Counted from the stretch's first letter, positions 36,939 through 47,445 are shown. The stretch: 51,795 nucleotides of DNA from a virus (IMGVR_UViG_3300047201_000017:1-51795), one strand, 5' to 3'. Translations and numbers: made by a program. Notes: generated by a model from the letters alone, not told the origin.

Positions 36939-38079
36939 TTATATCTCCTTTAATTTAACAGTTTCCATTAGATAAATACAACCATCTCTATCTATTTTAA
37001 ATTTAAAGAGATAACCATCATTTACTTGGATATATGTTGTTTTAAACCACAAGAAAGGATACATCCACCACTTAATTTTACGACGGTTAATATCTTCTTT
37101 GCTAAAAAGATAGTTATAGTAAAATGGATTATCATGTTTCATATTATATCTCCTTTATCCAATCTTCCCCGTTCCATTTCTTATGGAATTTTTTGTGATA
37201 CACGAAGATAAGCCAGAGTTGTTCCATTGATTTTGGTATGTATTTATTGATTTTAAAAAAGTTATAACAAAATTGACGTAAGACGACTACTTCTTGAAAC
37301 ACATTTATAAATGGACCAAGAATCTCTTGTAACTGGTCCTGACGAGGAAGCCAAATGTCTTTATCGTTTATATATCTACCTGTGACTACTTTGTAATTGT
37401 GCCTACTTGTAGTCTTTGTTCCACAGTCTGAACAATACGCTCCCCTATCATATTCACTAAGGCAATTCTGGCAATAAGGACAAAATACTTCAATCTCAAT
37501 GTAAGCAGCGAAATTCTCACATTGATAATCCATTTTATAATAAAGTTCTTGAATTTCCTTTGCTTTGTGGCACATCTTTATGTAATCATTTCCACAATCC
37601 ATATCAAATCTCCTTTAGTGCCTTTACAACAAACTCCTTGAACTTGTCTTTGGATATGGAGTTATCGTGAATTCTTACATCCTCACATAAATCAATAAGA
37701 CAAGATGTAATGTAATATAGGTATGCATCTTCTTTGTCTTTTTGTTTGTTACAATAATAATCTTCACCTGCAACTTCTAGACCATTGTTTTCCATTACTT
37801 TGCCTCCTTTCCATAAACCTTTTGGATGTAGTCTTTCAATGCCTCTTTAGTTGGTTCGACCTCGGATTTAGTTATCCCATATTTTAATTCATATTTATCC
37901 CAAACCTCCTTAATTGGATCAACCTCAAGGTCAACTCGACGATAGATGGGGTAATGAGTTAATATACAGTCATGTTCTTTTACTATACAAAAATCATTAA
38001 ACCCCATATACCATTCATTAACATTTGGTTTCCTTACTACTTCCTTCCCATCCTCAATTACTGGCAGAAAAATAATCAC
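36939..38079 (-). CDS. Run of four small hypothetical genes (36939-37142, 37144-37602, 37604-37795, 37795-38079)
   Basis: Abutting SD-preceded ORFs; 37144-37602 has WLPRQDQLQE and CxxC pairs. Confidence 0.55.
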
Positions 38080-38636
38080 GATTGACCTCCTTCAATCTGT
38101 CTTTTAATTTCCATCACTTTAAACTCAATCACCCATACCCAAGGATTCGATTCCCACGCTCCTTTTCCATTTAATTTATCCCAATATTGTGCAAGTCTAT
38201 ACAGTGGATCTTCCTCGCCATCTGAGTGACCTATCCAACCAAACCCTTCCTTTTTAGCATCTTCTTCGCTGATCTCCTGCAATCTCTCTATTCCAATTCT
38301 AATGATTTCCAAGGTAATTCGAGAATATTTTCGAGGCATAAGGATGGAGGGTTTCCATGGTTCCCCGTTCATATCGGGCTCTGTTGCTCGATAGGCCACT
38401 CCTTCGCCCTGGGTTCCATTCCATGTTTCTTTTACCCGAAGTCGATTACCTGGTTGACCGTAAGGACATTTAATCTCAGTACCAACAATTAATTCACCTG
38501 GATCTCTCCATAGTCCTCTATTGAAATATGGATTTCCTTTTGGTTGTGGTTTCAATATCCTCCTGGTCATCGTTTTCTGGCCTTCTAGGATTGCTCTTAC
38601 CATTGGTCCGCTAAAAATGATTGGTCTTTCTTTCAT
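38076..38636 (-). CDS. ASCH/PUA-like phage protein
   Basis: MKERPIIFSGPMVRAILEGQKTMTRR...WKPSILMPR...NPWVWVIEF. Confidence 0.8.
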   Translation of the reverse strand: MKERPIIFSGPMVRAILEGQKTMTRRILKPQPKGNPYFNRGLWRDPGELIVGTEIKCPYGQPGNRLRVKETWNGTQGEGVAYRATEPDMNGEPWKPSILMPRKYSRITLEIIRIGIERLQEISEEDAKKEGFGWIGHSDGEEDPLYRLAQYWDKLNGKGAWESNPWVWVIEFKVMEIKRQIEGGQS

Positions 38637-38872
38637 GTCTCTAAATCCTTTTTAATTCTTTCCATTCTTTCTACATCAATCCCGCCTAAAAGCCAGCCGG
38701 TCAATGGAGGAGGAACAACATTCAATTCAAATACCCTGCATCCTTTCCAAATATATTCGTCCACGGTTCCTTCACCTTTTCTCATTATATTTAGATTTGG
38801 GTTATGGTGCATTCGATGATAATAAATTGATCGAATCTTTTTTATATGTAATCTCTTTTCTTCTTTGGTCAT
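38633..38872 (-). CDS. Hypothetical protein
   Basis: Packed minus-strand ORF. Confidence 0.5.
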   Translation of the reverse strand: MTKEEKRLHIKKIRSIYYHRMHHNPNLNIMRKGEGTVDEYIWKGCRVFELNVVPPPLTGWLLGGIDVERMERIKKDLET

Positions 38873-38898
38873 TTTATGTCTCCAAAATAACTATCTTC

Positions 38899-39210
38899 TT
38901 AATATTTGAAAAAGTTTATTGCTTCGTCTAAACTGGTTAACCAAATATAAATACCTCCAAACATTTGAATGTCCTCTTTGAATTTTATTTGATATGGAGA
39001 TAATTTTCCCCCAGGTCTTTTAATTTCTATCCAAATAACCTTTCCATTTTTGATAGCAGTCAAATCCGATAATCCTTTATGGCTTCCCATGGATTGTTGA
39101 TTTCGAATGATGAACCATCCTGTCATTTTAAGATAATCCCGGACTTGTTTTAAAATGTCCGATTCTTTCAATTTGATAGGTTTTGATCTATATTTAGAAT
39201 ATGGTTTCAT
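38899..39210 (-). CDS. VRR-NUC domain nuclease
   Basis: ESDI...GLSDL...IEIKRPGGKLSPYQ. Confidence 0.85.
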   Translation of the reverse strand: MKPYSKYRSKPIKLKESDILKQVRDYLKMTGWFIIRNQQSMGSHKGLSDLTAIKNGKVIWIEIKRPGGKLSPYQIKFKEDIQMFGGIYIWLTSLDEAINFFKY

Positions 39211-39355
39211 TTCATTTCCTTTAATAAAACACTCGGTATAATAATCACCTTTTTTAAATATTCTTCATAGTGCATTAGACAATACCAATGATGATTTATT
39301 CCCACGATGGCTTGCTTTTTACATTTTTTTCTTTCACATTTGTGATCTTCTGGTT

Positions 39356-40652
39356 TCATTTTTCTTTTTTAATCCTAAATCCTTTCACGCTGAGAAAGGA
39401 ATAAGTTTGAGATTTACACAACACTTTCATATTTGGTATCCAAACGCTAACCATTGGATATTCCCCAGTAGTGTGAAATTTAAAATCCAACACTTCTAAC
39501 CAATGTGGACTTTTCCAAAGATTTGGATCTTCGATAAGTGCTTCCATTTGAAATGTAGATAGTTTTCTCATTTTTTTATAGGAACTCCATAGCTCTTCTC
39601 AACCCAATTTTGTTTTTGGTTTATTACATTCCTGGCATCTTCGGCTTTTTGAAGTTCATTTACTTGCGCATTAGTTTTCCTTTGTTCCTCTACAATATTC
39701 CCTCTATCCCACCATTGATAGGTGATTAAAGAAGCCGTTAATAAAATACAGCAGGCAATAAGAATGTAATTAAGTAACGTAAATCTCCTTGCCGGGCATT
39801 GAGTTTGAAGGATTTGACATTTCATTTATCTACCTCTTGTATGATCACCTTGACTACTTTATCTTTTATATGATTGGACTTTATAAGTTTTTGTTTTAAA
39901 CTTTCCGCTTCATATCTAGATGAAAATACTACCTCTGCCAGAAAACCATTCTCCTGTTTAAATGCAGCAAACCAGGAAAAATTATCTCCTTTATCAGTTC
40001 TTTTGACGGCCCATCCTTTAGATTTCATTTTTCACCTCAAATTAAATCCCAAAAGTTTTCATTAATAAGTTTTTGGAACTTTGGTTCTAAATCCTTATTC
40101 ATTGTTTTTTTCAATAGTTCTGAGCCCTTTTTGCATAAATCAAATGGATTATTCATACATTGAGGGCATTCATCAAGATGGTCGTGGAAATTTTTAATTA
40201 GATCTGTCATTTTCTATCCTTTCTCAATCGCATTGGAAGAAATTATCAATTTTTTAATACCCCACACGGTTTAGACAAATCTATTACTGTTCCCCCGAAT
40301 GTTTCTGCCATTTCTATGGCTACTTTAATAGCCAATATTTTACAGTTCAGGCAGACAACATATTTCCCTTGGCGTTCTAAAGGGAAATTTGAGGGGCTTG
40401 ACCCACACTGTCTTGCTCCACAAATATCACATCCTTCGTGTCCACATTGGTATTTCATTTTCCATCCAAGTATTTATCATGAATTTGTATTTCGAACCAA
40501 AGAAAATTGATTACTATCGCCCAAGTATGCCCATAATATTCTGCTTCTTCTTTGTTAAAACTACCTTTTTCCAATCTCCATATATAAGGAGGAAAAGTAA
40601 ATCTACCTAAATAAAACTCTATTTTCATTTTCCTTCCAAGTATTGCCCCCAT
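39356..40652 (-). CDS. Run of small hypothetical genes (39356-39571, 39568-39825 single-TM, 39822-40028, 40246-40458 Cys-rich, 40455-40652)
   Basis: Overlapping ATGA junctions; no assignable function. Confidence 0.5.
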
Positions 40653-40759
40653 CCTATCTCACCCCTTGATGCAATCTCCGGTAATTCTTGAATTGGATGG
40701 GGACAAATCATTTATTATTCCTTTATGCGTTTGTTTTATAGCCACACTCGCTCCCGGCT

Positions 40760-40933
40760 TCACCTACCAGGTGGGTTTGGGTGATCGGGTGGACCGATTC
40801 CCTGAGCTGGGAGAACAGGAAGAGTTTCCCTGTCCGCCATGCTTCGGAGAAGCTTCCCTTGCTGGCAACACGCTACAGGATATATCGCTATCCCTATCGT
40901 AAGTAGGTAAACCAGGAAGTTCTTTAGCTTCAA
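40760..40933 (-). CDS. 57-aa hydrophobic/lipobox-like peptide inside a GC-rich structured region (not in ORF track)
   Basis: SD AAGGAGGTG then TTG; MKLKNFLVYLLTIGIAIYPVACCQQGK...PPDHPNPPGR*. Confidence 0.5.
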   Translation of the reverse strand: MKLKNFLVYLLTIGIAIYPVACCQQGKLLRSMADRETLPVLPAQGIGPPDHPNPPGR

Positions 40934-41256
40934 AGTGGCATCACCTCCTTTATATTGGATTTAATTTTCTCCTTTTGGTTAATGGTTAATATTTGCCTGA
41001 TTGACCAGGGCTTTTGTTCGCTCACCATGAGCGACACATGTACCATGCTTTATTTTTTGCACCTCCTTTAAATTATCCAATACCAAAGCTGGATGAGTCC
41101 ATAAAAAGCGATAGTCCCACAAATTACTCCAATGATTAAGAACCAGACATTGTTATCTTTTTTACAATTTGTCATAAATTCTCCTTTAGTCCTTTGGATT
41201 TAATAGAGTTGGGTGGGCAGGTGATGTTTCAGCTTATCGCTTCTGCCATCGCTTTC

Positions 41257-41610
41257 CTACGGGCTGGCTACCGTCTCCCACCCTGGTAGGTTGGGCGGGG
41301 AAAAAGCCTGGAGATTTTTTTTATCAAGGAAGTCTCCAAGGGGAAAATCCCCGCCCAGTAAATTTTTCTTTGATTTAGAACTCAAAATTATATCCTTGTC
41401 CCTCACCATATGTTTAAATACCCTCGTAATATAACAATAGGCATTATTTCCATGTAGTTTTCCAGGGAAAAGTAATTTAGTAATAGCAGTAAAACTAACT
41501 TCCTCGTTTGCCCATGCCCAAACTAATTCTTTATCTTCCTGCGACGACTGATGGTATTTCATACTCATTTTAATTTCTTTTGCTTTTTCTAACAGAGTCT
41601 TTTCTGGCAT
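41257..41610 (-). CDS. Hypothetical protein
   Basis: SD GAGGA; C-terminal third runs through a hairpin cluster. Confidence 0.55.
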   Translation of the reverse strand: MPEKTLLEKAKEIKMSMKYHQSSQEDKELVWAWANEEVSFTAITKLLFPGKLHGNNAYCYITRVFKHMVRDKDIILSSKSKKNLLGGDFPLGDFLDKKNLQAFSPPNLPGWETVASP

Positions 41611-41611
41611 C

Positions 41612-41809
41612 TTATTCCTCCTTTTTACTGTCCCATGCAGGGCATTTGTTCCAGTCTGGACATCTGTTTTGTTTTAGCCCTTGATTCTGATTAACCCCTG
41701 AAGATCCAAGGCAAAAGCTAATTTTCATTTTTGTATTGATCCTTTTTGGGCAATCAACCATTTGCTCTTTGGTTTCCTTTTCTCGTTTTGGATCTTTTTT
41801 CCGTGTCAT
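41612..41809 (-). CDS. Small Cys-containing hypothetical protein
   Basis: SD GAGGA; CP...C...CPDWNKCP. Confidence 0.5.
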   Translation of the reverse strand: MTRKKDPKREKETKEQMVDCPKRINTKMKISFCLGSSGVNQNQGLKQNRCPDWNKCPAWDSKKEE

Positions 41810-41923
41810 TCTTTCCTCCTAATTTTGAATTGCCCCCGTACTAGATTCAGTTTGAATCTAATTTTGGATTTCCCTTCCATAAAAGAACGGATTCACCGAC
41901 GGAGGCAAAATCTATATTTCCTT

Positions 41924-42475
41924 TTAATCCCAACCCTCGTCTGCCGATCTTGTTTGCCTCGGTGCAGTCTGTGGTTGTGATTTTGCAGGTTCCTTGGTTG
42001 CACTTGGCACACTTGGACCAACCATTTCTTTTTTGGCTTCCTCTGCTGTACGGTACTTCTTAGTCTTAGTCATTGTGTTGCCTTTGGCTGTTATTTCTCC
42101 CTGTAAATATGCACCATAGGATTTATTAATTGCGTTACTATTAAACCATTTAACAAACTCCGGTGTCTCAAGTTTGCTTGAATCCATACCTTCAATTTGG
42201 TCCTGTTTACGCATACCAGTTTTTATAAGGAAGGCAACCAGGGCTTTAATGCCAACCGGATTCTCATCTCCGGCATTGGTTTTGGTGGAGAAATTCTCAA
42301 AGTGTTTTCTGCCGTCAAACGAACCACCTTCGACAACTGATTCTGCTTTTGCTTTCAACCCCCCATTGGCATCCAACTTTGAATCTGCCGATGTAGTCTT
42401 AAGAATGTACCACCCATCTTCTAAAGGGTCAAACGAATCCATGTCAAACTGTACTCCCAACTTACTCATTTGCAC
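41924..42475 (-). CDS. Putative single-stranded DNA-binding protein (DUF669-like)
   Basis: FDPLEDGWY...GRKHFENF, flexible tail ending ADEGWD; follows Sak4-like ATPase. Confidence 0.65.
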   Translation of the reverse strand: MQMSKLGVQFDMDSFDPLEDGWYILKTTSADSKLDANGGLKAKAESVVEGGSFDGRKHFENFSTKTNAGDENPVGIKALVAFLIKTGMRKQDQIEGMDSSKLETPEFVKWFNSNAINKSYGAYLQGEITAKGNTMTKTKKYRTAEEAKKEMVGPSVPSATKEPAKSQPQTAPRQTRSADEGWD

Positions 42476-42657
42476 TCTCCTTTCTTCTTGTTTTTGACTT
42501 CATATTGTATTGTGCATTTTGTTACAATATCCATTTCATTGGTCGCCATCTTTTTACTTACATAAGTGAAATAGTAATTACTATCTTTAACGGCACCTCC
42601 TTTTTCATTAATACCAATCCATGCTTTAATTGTTTTGATCATAACATCTCCTTTTTG

Positions 42658-43494
42658 TTATTTCCGGAACCCTTCTAAAATGTAGTTCCAGTCTAGTTTA
42701 ATACTTCCATGTTTCTTGATGTATCTTGTTATGGTATCCGAGGAACACCGTGCCAGGAACGAAGTGCTAGTCAAAGGATCGTCTTTGTCATCTTGGCTAA
42801 TAAAACTAATCTGCGGTAGTATAGGATTCATTCCCTCATCATACTTGAACGGCTCCTTAATATATCCAATAAAATCAAATAAGCCATGAAGATGCTGAGG
42901 ATAGATTTTGCCCTGAAGGAATGGACCGATGGTGATCCCCCCACCATACCGCTTGCCGGCATTGCTATCCTCAATACTCGTACAAATAACCAACACTTCA
43001 TATTTAGAAAACTGAGTCAGTAGTTGAGTTATCCGAACCATTAGTTCTCCTAATGATCCGTAATCCGTCTGCTCTGTTCTTGTGAAATCAATCAATCCAC
43101 GATATTTACTTATACCATCTTTGTCTTTGGTTTCCTTTAACACCTCCCTTCTGGAGTCCTGTAACTCCTTCATGACGTCCGTCTGACCAAATGTTAGATC
43201 ATCAAAGAATACCGTCTTGTACTTAAACTCTCCTTTCTTGCAGTTTTCTAATTCATCATTCAAAGTTCCTTGCAAATCCTCAAAGTCATTGGCAGATGAA
43301 TACCTAAAGTCCTCTGGTTTCCATAACGGACTTTGAGAATGGATAATACGAGGATCTTTCTGTTGGGTGTTGATAAACCATACTGGCTTTGGGCAATAGA
43401 GGCCAGACATGGTTTTGCCACATCCCGTCTTGCCATATTCTAATGCACTAAAAACCAATTCACTTCTGTCAATATTGCTTTCGTACTCGTTCAT
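42658..43494 (-). CDS. AAA_24/Sak4-like ATPase (ssDNA annealing protein)
   Basis: YGKTGCGKT, YKTVFFDDLT, DYG, P.LQGK, FDFIGY. Confidence 0.75.
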   Translation of the reverse strand: MNEYESNIDRSELVFSALEYGKTGCGKTMSGLYCPKPVWFINTQQKDPRIIHSQSPLWKPEDFRYSSANDFEDLQGTLNDELENCKKGEFKYKTVFFDDLTFGQTDVMKELQDSRREVLKETKDKDGISKYRGLIDFTRTEQTDYGSLGELMVRITQLLTQFSKYEVLVICTSIEDSNAGKRYGGGITIGPFLQGKIYPQHLHGLFDFIGYIKEPFKYDEGMNPILPQISFISQDDKDDPLTSTSFLARCSSDTITRYIKKHGSIKLDWNYILEGFRK

Positions 43495-43710
43495 TTATTC
43501 TATCCTCCATATTCTAATTCCACCTTTTATTTTTCTGCTTGTTAATTTTTTACCAAAATGTCTTCTGTTCCATTGATAAAGGGCACAGTGTACTCTATTA
43601 AAGTAATTTTTTATTCCTTCGCTTTCCATTACTTCAAAGTGTTCATTAATTTTTAATTTATCAAATGGATAATGTATTCTTTCTGTGGTTTCTCTTTCTA
43701 TTTTTAACAT
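43495..43710 (-). CDS. Small DNA-binding-like protein
   Basis: YPFDKLKINEHF...GIRIWRIE pattern. Confidence 0.6.
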   Translation of the reverse strand: MLKIERETTERIHYPFDKLKINEHFEVMESEGIKNYFNRVHCALYQWNRRHFGKKLTSRKIKGGIRIWRIE

Positions 43711-43907
43711 ATTACCTCCTTTTTATTATAAATGTAATAATCTCTATTGTTAATGCTCCTACTAAACCACCAATGGCTCCCCAAATAATTAATTCATTCA
43801 TTTAGTTCTTCCTTCTTACTATAAGAATATATGTTAATATACCTAAACCCCATCCAACTATAACTAGTATAATATTTGTTAAATCGTTCATTTAACCCTC
43901 CTTTTAG

Positions 43908-45172
43908 TTAGAAATCACCACATATTTCAACTGCACGTTTGCATATTCCCAGTTTACACCCAGGTCGAATTTGTTCACAGTTAACGCCTGGGCAATCTAC
44001 TGGTAGTGGATACCCATTTTCTCTTAAATAGTAAGTTAGGTCTTCCCAACAAGTCTCATCGGCATTTACTTTTTCAAATCTTGCGTCTTCAAGTTTCCAT
44101 TGGGTAAGCATGTTAATCCTCCTATTTTGTAATTAAATAGTTTAATGCCCACATAAAAGCACAAAACCAAGCCAAAAACGTAGTGTTTTGCAAAAATGTT
44201 TTAGATTTGTCATAGCTTGTAATCATAGAAACAAAAATTATTATTATACAGAATATAGTTAAGAATTTAAGCATGTTAACCCTCCTTTTCTATTATTGTA
44301 CATCCTGCATGTCCACCACTCCAAGAATCTAAAAACTTTTGTGCTTCATCTTTAGTATTAAACGCAACTGGTTTTTCATAAGGTGAACAGTCAACACCTT
44401 TGCTACATTCAAAGAATCCAAGTCCAAGACATTCTCCTATAAATAATCCTTCTTCGTCATAACCCTTAATATACCATTTCATGTTAACCCTCCTTTTTGC
44501 GAGTCATTACTTCATCAATTTTACTTCCCCAATAATTCTGTTCTGCCCTACAAATCGTTTCCCAAGATTTAGGATTGTCTCTAATAAAAATCCTAACTAC
44601 CTCTCCAAAATCTTCACAATCTTCATTTGCCAATCCTTCTGCAACCATTTGTTTGAAAATGATCTCATCGTACAATTCGGGATTATGACTCCAATATGAC
44701 ATAATTCAATCCTTCTTTTTGTTATTGACTATTCCAAAGGTGGTAATAGTTTACTTGCTATTTCTTCTGCTCTATGTCCTTCCGTTCCTAACATTTTTCT
44801 AAACTCTTCTATGTTTATATCAGTAGTACTTCTCACCGTTAAAAAATCACTCCACCAAAATCCTGATTTGATTACTATTATTCCAACCTTATCAAAAGCA
44901 CAGCAAATTAAACATTCTTGGAAGCTCAAAACTCCTTTTGGAACCCTCATTCCAAGACTTATTTTGGGAACTTTCTTTTCTTCTTCAACAAGTCCTTTTT
45001 CTAAAAGCCATTTATACCAGATAGGATAAATACTTTTAATCTCTTTAATACAATCACTGGTAACTGGTTGACTCCAATTATACCTACGACCTGAAAGAAA
45101 TTTATTAAACTTACTCCACTCTTCTTCACATGGATCACAAGCATAAACATCCTTCAAACTAAATGTCTTCAT
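43908..45172 (-). CDS. Run of small early genes (43908-44111, 44276-44482, 44484-44702, 44729-45172)
   Basis: Each with an SD; several share an AAAAGGAGGGTTAA(C)ATG junction. Confidence 0.55.
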
Positions 45173-45230
45173 TTTTCGTTCCTCCTTTTTATAGCTATAC
45201 TTTTGACAATCTATTAATCTGAGATAATCT

Positions 45231-46205
45231 TTACTTAAAATCTTGCGTGGAAACATTCTTGAATTCCCTTTTCTTGTAAATCGTTTTGCTTACTACACCC
45301 GAAGAACAAACGTCAATGAATTGGCACTTGAAACAGTTATCTCTATTGGAAGTCTGATAGTATTTCTCTTTGTCTGAGCCAAGAGAATACATCTCTTGTG
45401 CTGTCAATCGCAACTTCTCTTTTAATAGTTCCAAGTCAAATTCATTCCTCCAGAATGACATTTCCATAATATAATGATTGGGTTGCCTAAGAACATCCTT
45501 TTTCACCCTTGATACAAAATCTTCCTTCGTTTCCTCTTTTCCCTTTTTGAAGTTGGGAACTCTCAATGCTCTGACCGTTATCCGTTGCAGTTCAGGGTTA
45601 CCGAGGAAATAAATTCCTAACTGTGGTTCCATAATGAACTTCTTCATATAGAATTCCGGTGATGCAGAATACTTGAACTCATAACCCGCAGTGCCATCTA
45701 AACAAACCAAGTCCGTGAATCCGTGTACTCTTGGGTATTCTGGTTCTTGGAAAATAAACTCCTTCTCCGTTTCACCCTTGAGTTCAGCATACACCAAAGT
45801 GCAGTAAGCCAAGAAGAAACCCTCCATGAGCAATAATTCACGAGGGATCTCACTTTTATCAAACGATAAGTCTTTGAATTTGTCTTGATATGCTTTGATG
45901 ATGTCGAACGCTTCATTGATACTGCCCTCCTTTTTATGCACTTCCCCCAAAACTTGAGAGGCGATCTTGCCCATAATCAATCGTACAGTAGGATCAATCA
46001 ACTTCAATCCTTCGATCCAACTCATCCAATATTTGTATCGGCAAACGTAATAATCCTTTAGAGCGGAATGCGAAAGAGAAGGTTCGTGACAAGCAATGTA
46101 TTCCAAACATCGGAATTGGGATTTTAAAGTGCAAAATCCACTTTTCAGATAGTAGGAACAAGGTAGTTTAGATCGGTTAATGTTTGGGCAAGTCAAATGA
46201 TACAA
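45231..46205 (-). CDS. PD-(D/E)XK exonuclease (Cas4/RecB-like)
   Basis: LSHSAL..Y..C..KY, HGFTDL, YEFKY, QLGIY, CFKCQFIDVC. Confidence 0.8.
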   Translation of the reverse strand: MYHLTCPNINRSKLPCSYYLKSGFCTLKSQFRCLEYIACHEPSLSHSALKDYYVCRYKYWMSWIEGLKLIDPTVRLIMGKIASQVLGEVHKKEGSINEAFDIIKAYQDKFKDLSFDKSEIPRELLLMEGFFLAYCTLVYAELKGETEKEFIFQEPEYPRVHGFTDLVCLDGTAGYEFKYSASPEFYMKKFIMEPQLGIYFLGNPELQRITVRALRVPNFKKGKEETKEDFVSRVKKDVLRQPNHYIMEMSFWRNEFDLELLKEKLRLTAQEMYSLGSDKEKYYQTSNRDNCFKCQFIDVCSSGVVSKTIYKKREFKNVSTQDFK

Positions 46206-46223
46206 TCCTCCTTTTGACTATTT

Positions 46224-46433
46224 CTACTTCCAAATCCTTTTAATGTCTATACCAAGCATTTTGGCAATGGCAAACCGGAGTAAATACGATTCACTCTTTC
46301 CGGTGATGACTGCCCAAATTGCCTGCCGGGACACTCCGCACTCCAGGGCAATCTTCGCCATATTTAAGTCCTTGTCGATCATTAGTTTGCGGATTATCTT
46401 TGCCGTTTGTATTTCTTCCTTGCCCATACTCAA
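46224..46433 (-). CDS. Cro/Ner-like HTH transcriptional regulator
   Basis: LNMAKIALECGVSRQAIWAVITG...IAKMLG...IW. Confidence 0.8.
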   Translation of the reverse strand: MSMGKEEIQTAKIIRKLMIDKDLNMAKIALECGVSRQAIWAVITGKSESYLLRFAIAKMLGIDIKRIWK

Positions 46434-46502
46434 GCTCCTTCACAACCAAATATCCATAGAATTTTATTGAATCCAAATTGAATCTTCCTTTTAATGTACT
46501 CT

Positions 46503-46531
46503 ATCCTAACAAAGTCAAATAACAATGTCAA
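46503..46531 (-). promoter_or_regulatory. Sigma70-type promoter upstream of the HTH gene
   Basis: TTGACA, 17 nt, TAGGAT with TG extension. Confidence 0.6.
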
Positions 46532-46816
46532 TAGTTAGAGCAAGAAATTTTAGAGTTTATTTTCCTTTTTCTACATCCTCATAAAGTTTAATCAATTCAA
46601 TTACATAGTTTAAAGCTAAGAGATATCCTATTAAAAACGGAGAATCACCTTTGGTTTTTTCCTCATTCCAGTAATTATAATCCTTTTTTAACTTTTCCTT
46701 GAGCTGCTCAATGGTCATTCCAAACCTCCTTTTACTGTACTAGGATAAGTGCAACAACAATCGAAATGGCCAAAATGCCTACACAAATGATGAATACATT
46801 TAACAAGTCCATAAAA

Positions 46817-47065
46817 TTATTCCTCCTTTGTCTCCTTAAATATTCTAACTACTTCTGGACTCCAATAAGCATGACCACTAGGTTTATGGTCTGGCAAGGG
46901 ATATGCCTCTTTTACTTCAAAATGTAGCAAAATAGTTCTTCCTGTCTTCTTTCCCCAATTTATAGCACTCTTTTTGTAAATCCAAAATCTTATTGGCGGA
47001 AGAATTGCTTTTGTAGCGATGTATCTTTTTAACTTTTTAGGAGTGGTACAATGATAACCAATCAT
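46817..47065 (-). CDS. Small protein, possible ADP-ribosyltransferase-like fold
   Basis: YHCTT..KL..Y N-terminal H-x-T strand; weak. Confidence 0.45.
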   Translation of the reverse strand: MIGYHCTTPKKLKRYIATKAILPPIRFWIYKKSAINWGKKTGRTILLHFEVKEAYPLPDHKPSGHAYWSPEVVRIFKETKEE

Positions 47066-47086
47066 AAGTTACCTTTCCTTACCTTA

Positions 47087-47269
47087 CTATTTGACCGAGG
47101 ACAAGACTTTGGCGTCCTGTCCTTGTCTTTGTACTACCTCAAATGTTACCTTGCATTTTGGGCAGTAGAAACCAGACTTTACTAGCCTACATTTAAGCCA
47201 TAGTTCAGTGAAACATTGTGATAATGTTTCACATTTAATGCATAAGGTATATTTGTTTGATATCCCCAT
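47087..47269 (-). CDS. Small zinc-ribbon protein
   Basis: CIKC, CPKC; likely ATG 47269. Confidence 0.5.
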   Translation of the reverse strand: MGISNKYTLCIKCETLSQCFTELWLKCRLVKSGFYCPKCKVTFEVVQRQGQDAKVLSSVK

Positions 47270-47297
47270 TTTATTTAATCCTTCTTTTAATTTGGTT

Positions 47298-47437
47298 GCA
47301 CCCGCCACCACGGGTACCCTCGGATGTCGGTCTCCCTCCGACCTTGTCTCTTATTCACTCCCCGTTTAGCCGATAGGTCAGCTTTTAATTAGATAGGCGG
47401 AGGGGACGCTGGCCTTTGGTTGGCCCCGTCCCTCCGC
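47298..47437 (-). ncRNA. GC-rich cluster of four hairpins including a possible pseudoknot
   Basis: GCGGAGGGACG/CGTCCCCTCCGC, AGCTGA-CCTA-TCGGCT-AAAC-GGGGAG, GTCGG/CCGAC, ACCCG/CGGGT. Confidence 0.45.
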
Positions 47438-47445
47438 TCCTGGGT

